From IMG/VR virus record IMGVR_UViG_3300026774_000001, positions 1 through 60,694 of that record: DNA of 60,694 nt. One strand, 5' to 3'. Positions 1 to 8,963 of this stretch are shown one piece after another. A program made the position numbers and the translations under genes. Source of the DNA: a virus. Position 1 is the stretch's first letter; each line of letters opens with the position of its first letter. The notes under the pieces are model-generated. The model saw only the letters and a program-made list of their open reading frames with translations, ran no database searches and had not been told where the DNA came from.

Positions 1-99
1 GACATCTTCGGGTGACACAGGCCCCGACTTGCACGCAACGGCGCACCATGATAGATTTGACAGGTCTCACCAAGCTTTCGAGCTACGGGGGCCGGAAAC
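1..99. repeat. 99-bp terminal direct repeat, left copy (= 60596..60694)
   Basis: nt 1-99 are letter-for-letter identical to nt 60596-60694; signature of a circular or circularly permuted genome assembled with an end overlap. Confidence 0.95.
29..57 (+). promoter_or_regulatory. Candidate sigma70/HrdB-type promoter (TTGCAC-N17-TAGATT with TGa extension)
   Basis: -35 TTGCAC 29-34, 17-nt spacer, extended -10 TGaTAGATT 49-57; same TGATAGNTT box as at 10901 and 11308. Confidence 0.45.
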
Positions 100-149
100 T
101 TACCTTTCCGGTACGGGGCCCATCCTTTCGGAGGGGTGGGGATGGGCCC
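91..149 (+). terminator. Two stem-loops after the wrap-around gene 60035..60610
   Basis: ccggaaa/tttccgg (91-110) and 10-bp gggcccatcc/ggatgggccc (116-149); weak T tract. Confidence 0.4.
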
Positions 150-195
150 TTGAAATCACCTCTCACGATCACGATCAAAGACGGAAGGACATCAC

Positions 196-543
196 ATGTT
201 CGGTATGACCGACGGCCAGCACCGGGACAACATCGTTTCAGGTTTCAAGTCAATTGCGGAATTTCTGTACGACTATCCCATTTCTGCATCGCTGAACACC
301 GCCAGCCGCGTCGACGTGCAGTACAGCATCCTGGAGGAGGATAACGACAAGGCTCGCGAGGAGTACAACGGGCTGGTGCACTTCATGGGTGATGTCGTCA
401 ACAAGATCAACGCGGAGTTCAGTGCGCATGCGAACGTGTACGACACGAACACGCACCACGTTGCCAGGTTGACGTTCGGCGCGGGCACCGTTGCCTACCA
501 GGTGCTGTGGATCGAGAAGACGGGAGACACCGAAGATGAGTGA
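196..543 (+). CDS. hypothetical protein (115 aa)
   Basis: ORF track; SD gacggaagga upstream; first gene of rightward block. Confidence 0.7.
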   Translation: MFGMTDGQHRDNIVSGFKSIAEFLYDYPISASLNTASRVDVQYSILEEDNDKAREEYNGLVHFMGDVVNKINAEFSAHANVYDTNTHHVARLTFGAGTVAYQVLWIEKTGDTEDE

Positions 544-706
544 CGGAACGAAGAATTTCGAGTACTACATGCGCAAGGCCGATGAGGCGTTGCAGGCTGC
601 CAGCGATAAGGCGAGTAGCGGATACAACGAGTCTGCGGCGTCCTTTCTCAAGGCGGCTGAGCTGTATACCGAGCAGGCCAAGCTGGTGAAAGGACCCGGG
701 TACTGA
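536..706 (+). CDS. hypothetical protein (56 aa), paralog of 706..963
   Basis: Internal ATG of ORF 491..706 overlapping upstream stop (ATGAGTGA); N-terminus MSDGTKNFEYY resembles MSDELKDFRYY of next gene. Confidence 0.6.
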   Translation: MSDGTKNFEYYMRKADEALQAASDKASSGYNESAASFLKAAELYTEQAKLVKGPGY

Positions 707-963
707 TGAGTGACGAACTGAAAGACTTCCGTTACTACGCGGACAAGGCCGAAGAGATGGTCACTACCGCTCTTCACTTTGAAACAGGGCAGCGCGCGGA
801 GGAGCTGCACACGCGGATTGCTGCCGTGTACGCCGAACTGGCGAAGGCCGCGCCGAAGGCCGAACCCGAGCCGCGCTACATCGTGATGACTCCGGTTGAG
901 GCTGAAATCAAGGCGGCCACTGACAAGAAGTTCGCGGCCAAGTTGAGGGGAAGACCTGAATGA
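706..963 (+). CDS. hypothetical protein (85 aa), paralog of 536..706
   Basis: ORF track; TGATG start/stop overlap. Confidence 0.65.
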   Translation: MSDELKDFRYYADKAEEMVTTALHFETGQRAEELHTRIAAVYAELAKAAPKAEPEPRYIVMTPVEAEIKAATDKKFAAKLRGRPE

Positions 964-1082
964 CCGACGACAAACCGAAGCTCAACGGCTGCGCTGTTGC
1001 GGTGTTGACCGTCTTCGCCATATTCGGCGTCACAGTGTTCTGGATTCTCCTCGAATTCGGACAGTGGATCGGGAGACAGTGA
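960..1082 (+). CDS. small membrane protein (40 aa)
   Basis: ATGA overlap with upstream stop; MTDDKPKLNGCAVAVLTVFAIFGVTVFWILLEFGQWIGRQ has one TM helix; below ORF-track cutoff. Confidence 0.45.
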   Translation: MTDDKPKLNGCAVAVLTVFAIFGVTVFWILLEFGQWIGRQ

Positions 1083-1249
1083 TGGTGGCAGTAATGAACG
1101 CGTTTATTGCGATCGTTCTTGCGTTCATCGCAGGCGTTATCACGCTCGCACTCGGGTATGACTACCCATTGCCGTTCGTTGTGGCGGGAATCGTGTTCCT
1201 TGCCTATTTTGGCGTGGTCGTGTTCATCTTCGACGCGGACTGGGGCTAG
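1082..1249 (+). CDS. small membrane protein (55 aa)
   Basis: ATG at 1082 overlaps previous stop; two hydrophobic helices. Confidence 0.55.
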   Translation: MVAVMNAFIAIVLAFIAGVITLALGYDYPLPFVVAGIVFLAYFGVVVFIFDADWG

Positions 1250-1252
1250 CCG

Positions 1253-1480
1253 ATGTCCACCCGAATCCACTGCGACTCCTGCGGGCACATGCTCGACACC
1301 ACGCAGCGCCCCAACTGGTGGCACGCGACCCTCATGGGAGACACGCTCAGAGCATCCGATGGTCGGATCATCGAACCTTCGGGGCTCACGGCCCGAGCCG
1401 ACAAGGATCGGCTCACGCCGATCAACAAAGCTGACCTGTGCATCCCGTGCATGTCGAAGAGTCAAGGAGAGACGACGTGA
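1253..1480 (+). CDS. zinc-ribbon protein (75 aa)
   Basis: CDSC...CIPC cysteine pairs. Confidence 0.6.
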   Translation: MSTRIHCDSCGHMLDTTQRPNWWHATLMGDTLRASDGRIIEPSGLTARADKDRLTPINKADLCIPCMSKSQGETT

Positions 1481-1668
1481 CATTTGAGTACCAGAGGTCA
1501 GAACACCTCATCAACGATCACAAGATCACGATTGCGCGGTATGCGCCTACGAACGGTGACCCCACCACGCACGTCGTTGAGGTCGTCAGCAGCGCGCATG
1601 AGGCGACTCGGGTCAACTTCGACCATGAGGGGTTCAAACTCTTCAAGGCCGTTATGAACCAGTACTGA
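1477..1668 (+). CDS. hypothetical protein (63 aa)
   Basis: GTG at 1477 overlaps upstream stop (GTGA), SD caaggaga. Confidence 0.55.
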   Translation: MTFEYQRSEHLINDHKITIARYAPTNGDPTTHVVEVVSSAHEATRVNFDHEGFKLFKAVMNQY

Positions 1669-1677
1669 GAGGACGAC

Positions 1678-1857
1678 GTGAGCGAGATCAAGGAACTCAT
1701 GACACCGAGTGAGGTCGGGAAGGCGTTGAAAGTCGACGCGAAGACGGTCACACGTTGGGTGACCCTGGGCAGGCTCCGGGGGATCAAGACTCCGGGCGGA
1801 CAGATCCGCCTGTACGCCGAGGATATCCGGGCGATCGTGAACGGTGAAGCTGAATAA
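1678..1857 (+). CDS. helix-turn-helix DNA-binding protein (excisionase/MerR-like HTH, 59 aa)
   Basis: GTG start; LMTPSEVGKALKVDAKTVTRWVTLGRLRGIKTPGGQIRLYAEDI is the HTH_17/Xis-type pattern; below ORF-track cutoff. Confidence 0.65.
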   Translation: MSEIKELMTPSEVGKALKVDAKTVTRWVTLGRLRGIKTPGGQIRLYAEDIRAIVNGEAE

Positions 1858-1898
1858 CACGTGAGACCCGCTGTCGATGGGGCAGCGGGTCTTTCGCT

Positions 1899-2177
1899 AT
1901 GCTGGACAGACCTCACAACCTTCGCAAGGAATCCGCCGTGTTTTGGTATGCCCTTTTTGTCCTCGGCTACACCATGTTCGCCATCGGCGCTGGTGTTATG
2001 CTCTACGCTCCCGTTTCTACTATCATGGGCTCTTCGCCCGACTACCGCCACCGCGACACCACCGAAGACGAGATCTGGCGTGACCTCCTCGTCACGGTCG
2101 GCATCGCCGCCGTCTGGCCTATCACCATGCCGCTGTACTGGGCGAGCCGAGTCGCCGCCCGTACTGTAGAATCGTAG
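1899..2177 (+). CDS. membrane protein (92 aa)
   Basis: ORF track; two TM helices. Confidence 0.6.
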   Translation: MLDRPHNLRKESAVFWYALFVLGYTMFAIGAGVMLYAPVSTIMGSSPDYRHRDTTEDEIWRDLLVTVGIAAVWPITMPLYWASRVAARTVES

Positions 2178-2181
2178 ACAC

Positions 2182-2201
2182 GGGGACCCTTCGGGGTCCC
2201 C
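2182..2201 (+). terminator. stem-loop ggggaccc-ttcg-gggtcccc
   Basis: Perfect 8-bp GC stem right after stop at 2177. Confidence 0.5.
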
Positions 2202-2223
2202 GAACCTAAGACGAGAGGACGAA

Positions 2224-2445
2224 ATGAACACGGATATGATGATGTGGACAGCATTTGGGCTGTATTGCCTGTTCGCGGTTATGATAGCTGCGGCTCTCAT
2301 CAAAGAATCCAAGGATACCGATGTCGAGGACGGTCTTCGTCCGTCGCTGTATGTACTGCTGGTCATCTCGGCTGCCGGTTGGCCTGTGAGCCTTGCTTGC
2401 GTAGCGGTGATTCGGCTGGGTCGGCGAATGTCACGGAAGAGCTAG
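2224..2445 (+). CDS. membrane protein (73 aa)
   Basis: ORF track; SD gagagga; two TM helices. Confidence 0.65.
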   Translation: MNTDMMMWTAFGLYCLFAVMIAAALIKESKDTDVEDGLRPSLYVLLVISAAGWPVSLACVAVIRLGRRMSRKS

Positions 2446-2484
2446 CCGAGCCGCGGCCAATGCGGTAAGCTAGAGGCACGTACA

Positions 2485-2510
2485 CGGGAGCCCTTCGGGG
2501 CTCCCGTTTC
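2485..2510 (+). terminator. stem-loop cgggagcc-cttc-ggggctcccg + TTT
   Basis: GC stem followed by tttc. Confidence 0.55.
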
Positions 2511-2570
2511 AAGACAGAGAGAATCCCCGCGCGAGGCCAGTCGCCGGGGTTTGGACGAACAGACTGGAGT

Positions 2571-3053
2571 ATGCTCGACATGAACAATGATACCAGCTAC
2601 CACGATGATATGACAGACGACGTACTAGAGGAACGTTTCTGGGCGAAGGTCGACGCTTCCGGTGATTGCTGGGAATGGACAGCGGCGCTAGATCGCGGCT
2701 ACGGAATCTTCAACACGGACAGTCGTACTGAATACGCACATAGATATTCTTGGGAGACGTTGGTGGGTGTAATACCTATCAACAAACATCTGGACCATCT
2801 ATGCCGAAACAAACGTTGCGTGAACCCTGATCACCTGGAACCGGTGACAAACCAGGAGAACACGAAAAGGGGCGCGGCTGCGAGCGTACAGCGAAACCGT
2901 GCGCGCAGACAGACGCACTGCAAGATGAATCACGAGTTCACTGAGAAAAACACGCACATCAATACGAACGGCGCTCGCATCTGTCGAGAATGTCACCGCA
3001 ACCGGACTAGGGCGTTCAGGGACAAAAGACGGAAGGACAACAAAGATGCTTGA
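2571..3053 (+). CDS. HNH homing endonuclease (160 aa)
   Basis: YAHRYSWE...LDHLCRNKRCVNPDHLEPVTNQENTKR = HNH_3 pattern. Confidence 0.85.
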   Translation: MLDMNNDTSYHDDMTDDVLEERFWAKVDASGDCWEWTAALDRGYGIFNTDSRTEYAHRYSWETLVGVIPINKHLDHLCRNKRCVNPDHLEPVTNQENTKRGAAASVQRNRARRQTHCKMNHEFTEKNTHINTNGARICRECHRNRTRAFRDKRRKDNKDA

Positions 3054-4863
3054 AGGCACGAAACTTCACTTGGTAGACAACTGGGAGGACGCTACCAAAT
3101 TCATGGATTGGGTAGCTGGACTCAATACGGAACGCATTGCCTTCGACACCGAGGGTGAGGGCCTAAATGTCCGTAAGGATAAGGTTCGTCTGATTCAGTT
3201 CGGTGACCGGGAACAGGGCTGGGCTCTGCCCGTAGATCGTTGGCTCGGTATAGCTACCGAGGTGTTCGACCGATGGGCCGCGAGTGGTCGTCGCTTCGTA
3301 GGCCACAATGCCCGATATGACGCGGGAATGCTGAAAAAGCATGGTATCAACATCCCGACGCACCTCATTGACGACACGATGATGCTCGCAGCGGTGGCAA
3401 ATCCGTCAGTCCCACTCGGACTCAAATCCCAATCGGCACGACACATTGACCCCCGCGCCGCTGTGCTCCAGGGACAACTTGACGAGGTCATGCGTTCCAG
3501 CGGCAAGACATGGAAAGACATCCCCATCACCGCGGATGGACCATTTTCCACATACTGGATTTACGGCGCACTAGATGCCATCATTACCAATCGACTATGG
3601 GACCACCACGCGCCTGATGTATTCGCGAATGCGCCCAAATCCTACGACCTGGAAATCAGCGCTGGGTGGATGGCTTCCCGAATGGAGGCGGCCGGAGTCG
3701 AGTGCGACCGCGAGTACACCGCTGCGCAGCAGGGAGAGTTCGCGGGGATGTATGACGACTTGACCGCACGCATCAGCGCTGAATACGGTGTAGATGCAGG
3801 CTCCAAGGATCAGGTTGTCGCGGTGCTTCTCAAGGACGGAGTCCAGTTGTCCAAGCGGACCGATGGCGGCGCGTTCTCCCTGGACAAGGAGGTGTTGGGA
3901 ACGGTTGACCACCCACTTGTACACATGATCGCGCAGCGTCGCAAGATCGAAAAACTCAGCTCGACATACCTTCGACGCTTTCTCGAAGCGAGTGAGGATG
4001 ATGGGCGTATCAGAGCGTCGATCAACACCATCGGGGGATCGGGCAAGAGCGTAGGCGAGTCGGGTGGTATGTTTGGGGTGAGAACGGGGCGTATGTCCCT
4101 TTCATCCCCGAATCTGCAGCAGCTTCCCCGCGGTGGAGACCCGCTGTCTTCCGTGATCCGCAACTGCATCGTTGCCGGGGAAGGTAAGACTCTGGTGTCT
4201 GTCGACTTCGACCAGGCAGAGTTGCGCGTCATGGCGCACCTGTCCAAGGACCCCGGACTTGCGGCGGCGTTCGCGTCCACGGAAGACTTTTTCACAACGC
4301 TGACCCGACGCATCTACCACGATCCGAGCATCGTCAAGAGCGACTGGCGTAGGCAGCTTACGAAGTCTTACGTGTTCGCCACGCTGTATGGAGCTGGTAA
4401 CGACAAGCTCGCTACCACCACGGGCGTGCCGCTGGGGGAGGTCGAGGACTTGCAACGGGAGTTCAACGCCGCCTATACGGGTGTGCCCGCGTTTCAGCAC
4501 GCAATTCAGCGCGTAGCCAAGCAGCGGCAGCGCGACGAAGGCATTGCTTACGTACGCTCTCCGTTCACGAATCGCAAGTTCGTGGGCGAGCAGGGAAAGG
4601 AATACAAGCTCGTCAATTTCATTATCCAGGGTACGCAGGCCGAACTTCTCAAGATGAAAATGCTTGAAGTCGACGCTGCAGGGCTGGGAGACGCGATGCG
4701 GCTCCCGATCCACGACGAAATCATCCTTGAGGTAGACGACGAAGACGTGCCTGAGGCAGTGCAGACGCTCCGTGACGTTATGAACGACTCCACGCTCCTC
4801 TCGGTGCCGATCACCGCAGGAGTTGCCATCGGAAAGAAATGGGGCGAAAAGCGTGACATCTAA
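3046..4863 (+). CDS. DNA polymerase I (family A) with 3'-5' exonuclease domain (605 aa)
   Basis: Exo I FDTEGEGL; motif A VDFDQAELRVMAH; motif B RRQLTKSYVFATLYG; motif C PIHDEIILEV. Confidence 0.95.
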   Translation: MLEGTKLHLVDNWEDATKFMDWVAGLNTERIAFDTEGEGLNVRKDKVRLIQFGDREQGWALPVDRWLGIATEVFDRWAASGRRFVGHNARYDAGMLKKHGINIPTHLIDDTMMLAAVANPSVPLGLKSQSARHIDPRAAVLQGQLDEVMRSSGKTWKDIPITADGPFSTYWIYGALDAIITNRLWDHHAPDVFANAPKSYDLEISAGWMASRMEAAGVECDREYTAAQQGEFAGMYDDLTARISAEYGVDAGSKDQVVAVLLKDGVQLSKRTDGGAFSLDKEVLGTVDHPLVHMIAQRRKIEKLSSTYLRRFLEASEDDGRIRASINTIGGSGKSVGESGGMFGVRTGRMSLSSPNLQQLPRGGDPLSSVIRNCIVAGEGKTLVSVDFDQAELRVMAHLSKDPGLAAAFASTEDFFTTLTRRIYHDPSIVKSDWRRQLTKSYVFATLYGAGNDKLATTTGVPLGEVEDLQREFNAAYTGVPAFQHAIQRVAKQRQRDEGIAYVRSPFTNRKFVGEQGKEYKLVNFIIQGTQAELLKMKMLEVDAAGLGDAMRLPIHDEIILEVDDEDVPEAVQTLRDVMNDSTLLSVPITAGVAIGKKWGEKRDI

Positions 4864-4870
4864 CCACAAA

Positions 4871-5356
4871 ATGATTATCGGTGTCGATCCCGGCAAGATG
4901 GTCGGCATGTTCATCTACCACACCGACCTGCGATGCACGATCCCACCGCCGTTCCCGTCGCAGACACCCGCTGAGCAGTACGTGAACGCGCTCGACAAGA
5001 TCATTGGCTCCCGTATCATCAGGTACGGAGTCGACAGCGTGCATATCGCTGTGGAAAAGTACGTCATCACGTCACGCACCGCGAAGCTTTCGCAACAGAC
5101 AGACGCTCTTGAGATCACGGGAGCCGTGAAGGCGATCGCCATGCTGCACGGCGTGACCGACGTTCGCCAGTACGCGAAGTCGAATCTCAAGTTCGCTTCG
5201 GATGACATGCTCCGCGCCGTTGACTGGTACTCACCGAAGCTCAGGCACGCCAACGACGCAGCACGCCAGGCGTTCGCGCTCCTCAAGGATGTGGACTATC
5301 CCCGCTGGTCAGAACTGGTGCGGGATGCTAAGATGGAACCTACGACGGAAGGATGA
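4871..5356 (+). CDS. RuvC-like Holliday junction resolvase (161 aa)
   Basis: MIIGVDPGK..., VEKY, HANDAARQA catalytic pattern; start ATG 4871 (GTG 4853 possible). Confidence 0.75.
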   Translation: MIIGVDPGKMVGMFIYHTDLRCTIPPPFPSQTPAEQYVNALDKIIGSRIIRYGVDSVHIAVEKYVITSRTAKLSQQTDALEITGAVKAIAMLHGVTDVRQYAKSNLKFASDDMLRAVDWYSPKLRHANDAARQAFALLKDVDYPRWSELVRDAKMEPTTEG

Positions 5357-5359
5357 AGG

Positions 5360-7285
5360 ATGAATGAGATCTATGCCGATCTGGGCGAAGACGACCGGAT
5401 CGTCCTGTTCACACGTGATTTCAGCGGGAACCAGGATGAAACGCTGTGGAACGACTCCTATCAGATCAAGATGATCCCAGGCAAGAAGTGGGACCGCAAG
5501 GCGAAGCGCTGGACACTTCCGAAATCGTATGCCGCGTGCATCGTGCTGCGCGAGCTGTTCGGGGATCGGATCGTGGTCGAACCGGAGCTTGCCGCTTGGG
5601 CGCGTTCGGAACGGAATCGACGCGATGATGTCTTGCTACTTCGCGAGGCGTTGTCGATTGGTTGGGTCTCTCCGTACTTCAACGAGCACGATGCGATCCT
5701 GTACCCGTTCCAGGTGCCCGGACGTGACTTTCTGGTCAAAGCGCGCAATGCTCTCCTTGGTGACGAGATGGGAGTTGGCAAGAGTTTGCAGACATTGTCG
5801 GCAATTCGCGCCGTTGACTCCATCGGTGAGGCGTACCCCGCGCTCATCGTCTGCCCCAACTCCTTGAAACGGAACTGGGAACGCGAGATTCGCAGGTGGC
5901 TTCCCGAGGCGAACCCGTTCGTCATCCAGGGTAGCGCCGCGAAGCGCCGCGCCCAGATCACCGAGGCTGCGGAAGCCTCCAATGCCATCATCATCGTGAA
6001 CATCGAAGCGATGAAGCTGCATTCCCGCCTGTCTTCCTTCGGGTCGAACCGGCTCAAGCGGTGCATGGAGTGCGAAACGAAGACGCAACCAGGTACGCCG
6101 GACTTGAAAGAGTCCGCCTGCGAGGTGCATGAGAAGGAACTCAACCGCATCCCGTTCCGGGTGTGCGTGCTTGATGAGGCACACAGGGTGAAGGACCCTG
6201 CAGCCTTGCAGACCCGCGCCATCTGGAACGTGTTCCACGGTTCGACTGTCGAATACCGATGGGCGCTCACGGGTACGCCCGTGGCGAATCACCCTGGTGA
6301 CCTGTGGTCGATCGGGTACGCTATCGCGCCTGACGTGTTCCCCTCGAAGTCTGCCTTCATCGACCGATACGCCCGGATCGAATACAACCACTTTGGCGGC
6401 ATGTCGATTGTCGGCCTCAAGCCGGACACGAAAGAGGAGTTCTTCAAGATCCTTGACCCGCACTTCCGCCGCATGATCAAGGCCGATGTGCTCAAGCAGT
6501 TGCCCGACAAGGTGTTCATGCGGCGTGATGTCGAGATGAGCCCCAAGCAGGCGAAGGCGTACAAGGACATCGCCGAGCAATTGGTGACCGTACTTGAGGA
6601 CGGCACGGTGCTCGTCGCCAACGGGAACCTTGCTGGAGCAACCCGGTTGCTGCAGTTCGCGTCCGCGTACTGCGAGGTCGACCAGGGGGAGACTCCCGAG
6701 GACCCCGCCACGTGGCTTGTGTCGCTTACCGACAGCCCGAAGTCCTCGAAGATCGATGAACTCATGTCGATCATCGAAGACGATCCGGGCAAGCCGATGG
6801 TGATCGCCGCCGAACATCGGCAGCTCATCGACCTTGCAGCGGCCCGCATGACCGATGCCGGTATCCCGTTCGCTCGGGTGACCGGCGGCATCTCGGCTGA
6901 CGAGCGGGATGCTGCGGTGCAGGCGTTCCAGGACGGCAAGATCGACTACATCCTGTTCACGTACAAGGCCGGTGGGGTTGGGCTCAACCTCACGCGCGCT
7001 GACACTATGGTCAGACTCCAGAGAAGTTGGTCGATGATCGACAATAACCAGGGTGTTGACCGTATCCACCGCATCGGCTCCGAGGTGCACAACAAGGTGA
7101 CCATTATCGACCTGGTGGCCGCTGGCACGATCGAAGAGAAGCAACTTGAGCGGCTGTACGACAAGGCCGAACGGCTTGAGGAGATCGTGCGTGACCGCGC
7201 TAAGCTCCTTGCGCTAGGCAAGGCCACCGATGATCTGGACGCGGAAGCGGCACGGATCGAAGCAACCGGATTGATGGGAGGATAG
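5360..7285 (+). CDS. SNF2-family DNA helicase (641 aa)
   Basis: LGDEMGVGKS (motif I), LDEAHRVK (DEAH), helicase-C motifs QGVDRIHRIGS. Confidence 0.9.
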   Translation: MNEIYADLGEDDRIVLFTRDFSGNQDETLWNDSYQIKMIPGKKWDRKAKRWTLPKSYAACIVLRELFGDRIVVEPELAAWARSERNRRDDVLLLREALSIGWVSPYFNEHDAILYPFQVPGRDFLVKARNALLGDEMGVGKSLQTLSAIRAVDSIGEAYPALIVCPNSLKRNWEREIRRWLPEANPFVIQGSAAKRRAQITEAAEASNAIIIVNIEAMKLHSRLSSFGSNRLKRCMECETKTQPGTPDLKESACEVHEKELNRIPFRVCVLDEAHRVKDPAALQTRAIWNVFHGSTVEYRWALTGTPVANHPGDLWSIGYAIAPDVFPSKSAFIDRYARIEYNHFGGMSIVGLKPDTKEEFFKILDPHFRRMIKADVLKQLPDKVFMRRDVEMSPKQAKAYKDIAEQLVTVLEDGTVLVANGNLAGATRLLQFASAYCEVDQGETPEDPATWLVSLTDSPKSSKIDELMSIIEDDPGKPMVIAAEHRQLIDLAAARMTDAGIPFARVTGGISADERDAAVQAFQDGKIDYILFTYKAGGVGLNLTRADTMVRLQRSWSMIDNNQGVDRIHRIGSEVHNKVTIIDLVAAGTIEEKQLERLYDKAERLEEIVRDRAKLLALGKATDDLDAEAARIEATGLMGG

Positions 7286-7525
7286 ATGTCTAGCTACATG
7301 CGGGATGTCAGTGAAGCGTTCCAAGGTGTAGACGGTAGATCACGGTGGCGTCGAATCCTCTGGGATGACGAGACCAAAGTGATGTACTTCGAAGACCACA
7401 GCGCATCGGTTGTCGAGGTGTGGCTTAACGGCCCTATCGACACTGATGATTACGATGATTTCGGAGTCTGGCCCAACAACTGCCTGCACAACGACAACGC
7501 CGTAGTCCTCTGGGAGAATACATGA
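7286..7525 (+). CDS. hypothetical protein (79 aa)
   Basis: ORF track; abuts helicase stop. Confidence 0.65.
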   Translation: MSSYMRDVSEAFQGVDGRSRWRRILWDDETKVMYFEDHSASVVEVWLNGPIDTDDYDDFGVWPNNCLHNDNAVVLWENT

Positions 7526-7698
7526 GCCCAAGCATGAGGTACGACGACGAACGGGCAACGCCCGAGTACATCGCCAAGGAGAAGAAACGCAAGCGCATCG
7601 TTAACCGGCAAGCGTTCATTCGTAGATGGTGGCCTCGAATCGAGGCCGAAGTGAAGGAGAAGAGGGAACATGGGCAAGAAGAACACCGGTCCGGTTGA
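7522..7698 (+). CDS. small basic protein (58 aa)
   Basis: ATGA overlap with upstream stop; MSPSMRYDDERATPEYIAKEKKRKR... Confidence 0.4.
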   Translation: MSPSMRYDDERATPEYIAKEKKRKRIVNRQAFIRRWWPRIEAEVKEKREHGQEEHRSG

Positions 7699-7819
7699 GG
7701 ACGACGGCAGCCTGTTCGACTACTACACGGAACGCCAACGGCGATCCCAGCAGCGCAACCCCACGCGAAGCGTCGGGGACGACAGCAAGACCGACAAGGG
7801 AAAGAAGGACAAGCGATGA
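7670..7819 (+). CDS. small basic protein (49 aa)
   Basis: SD gaaggagaag then ATG; MGKKNTGPVEDDGSLFDYY... Confidence 0.4.
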   Translation: MGKKNTGPVEDDGSLFDYYTERQRRSQQRNPTRSVGDDSKTDKGKKDKR

Positions 7820-7977
7820 GCAAGAACAACGATGAACAGTACCTTGATTTCCTGCGATTCCAGGAACTCAAACCAGCCACGGTGACCAGGCGCGATGAGA
7901 AGTGGATGAACTCGAAGGACGCCAAGCGCGAGATCAAGGCACAGGCGAAGGAGGACCGGAAGCGTGGGCGACGTTAG
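7816..7977 (+). CDS. small protein (53 aa)
   Basis: ATGA overlap, SD gaagga; MSKNNDEQYLDFLRFQ... Confidence 0.45.
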   Translation: MSKNNDEQYLDFLRFQELKPATVTRRDEKWMNSKDAKREIKAQAKEDRKRGRR

Positions 7978-8929
7978 GCGATTCTCGCAGAGCGAGTTCA
8001 AGACGTTCGCCTGTGCTCGCCGTTGGTGGTTGAGCGATTACCGACGCTTGTCGCTGGTCACGCTCAACCCTTCCGGGCCACTCCGGTCCGGGAGCCGCGT
8101 GCACACAGCGCTTGAGGCGTTCTACGGCCCCGAGCCTGAAACCTACCTTGACGTGCTCAAGGCCGCGCAGGACGCTGACTGGCAGGCGTATCTGGAGAAC
8201 TGCACCGAACTCGGTGTGTACCCGGATGTCGAAGTGTCGAAGGCGTTCGAGAAGGACTGCGAGCTTGAGCGCGCGATGCTGGAAGGCTATGCCGATTGGG
8301 TTGCTGAGTCCGGCGTTGACGCCGGTATCGAGTTCACCGCGATTGAGGAGATCGTGTCGGTTCGCGGCTCGGAGTTCGCTCCGGAGATCGTGGAGCGGTT
8401 CGGAGAGTTCGAAGTCGTCGGCAAGCTCGACGCTCGCGTGCTCAGGCTCATGGACGGCGCGCGGAAGTTCGTGGACCACAAGACCGCGGCTAGCCTCACC
8501 TCCGCACTCGCGACGCTGCACATGAACCCGCAAATGCTCCACTACGGCTGGCTGGAACGCATGACGCAACCGGCGGGCACGTGGAGTGACGGGGCACTGT
8601 ACAACGTGCTCAAGAAGGTCAAGCGCGGCAAGCAGGCGAAACCGCCGTTCTACGACCGGTTCGAGGTGAACCACAACGATGACCAGATCGCATCCTACGA
8701 GCTGCACATGAAGCGCAAGATCACGAAGATCTTCGAGCTTGAGGCGCTGCTCGCAGGCGCCACGGTCGAAGAGCAGGCGCACATTGCGGAGCCGAGCCCC
8801 GACGACTCTTGTAGTTGGAAGTGTCAGTTTTTCACCTTGTGTCCGCTTTTTGATGACGGCTCACGTGCTGAGGACATGGTGCGGGAGGAGTTCCGCGAGC
8901 GTGACCCGCTCGCCCGATACGCCACATGA
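7964..8929 (+). CDS. Cas4/RecB-family PD-(D/E)XK exonuclease (321 aa)
   Basis: N-terminal Cys plus C-terminal CSWKCQFFTLC cluster (Cas4-type Fe-S ligands); SD aaggagg before GTG. Confidence 0.8.
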   Translation: MGDVRRFSQSEFKTFACARRWWLSDYRRLSLVTLNPSGPLRSGSRVHTALEAFYGPEPETYLDVLKAAQDADWQAYLENCTELGVYPDVEVSKAFEKDCELERAMLEGYADWVAESGVDAGIEFTAIEEIVSVRGSEFAPEIVERFGEFEVVGKLDARVLRLMDGARKFVDHKTAASLTSALATLHMNPQMLHYGWLERMTQPAGTWSDGALYNVLKKVKRGKQAKPPFYDRFEVNHNDDQIASYELHMKRKITKIFELEALLAGATVEEQAHIAEPSPDDSCSWKCQFFTLCPLFDDGSRAEDMVREEFRERDPLARYAT

Positions 8930-8935
8930 TATAAT
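8927..8935 (+). promoter_or_regulatory. extended -10 box TGaTATAAT
   Basis: Overlaps Cas4-like stop, 29 nt upstream of ATG 8964. Confidence 0.35.
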
Positions 8936-8963
8936 TCAGACCTAGACAAAGAGGAAGGATGCA

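Noticed and set aside
1-99. The 99-bp terminal repeat as a biological LTR/DTR or insertion-element end
   Set aside because: A gene and a promoter run straight through the junction, and there are no inverted ends or target duplications. An assembly overlap of a circular or permuted genome is the simpler explanation. Raw-read termini are needed to be sure.
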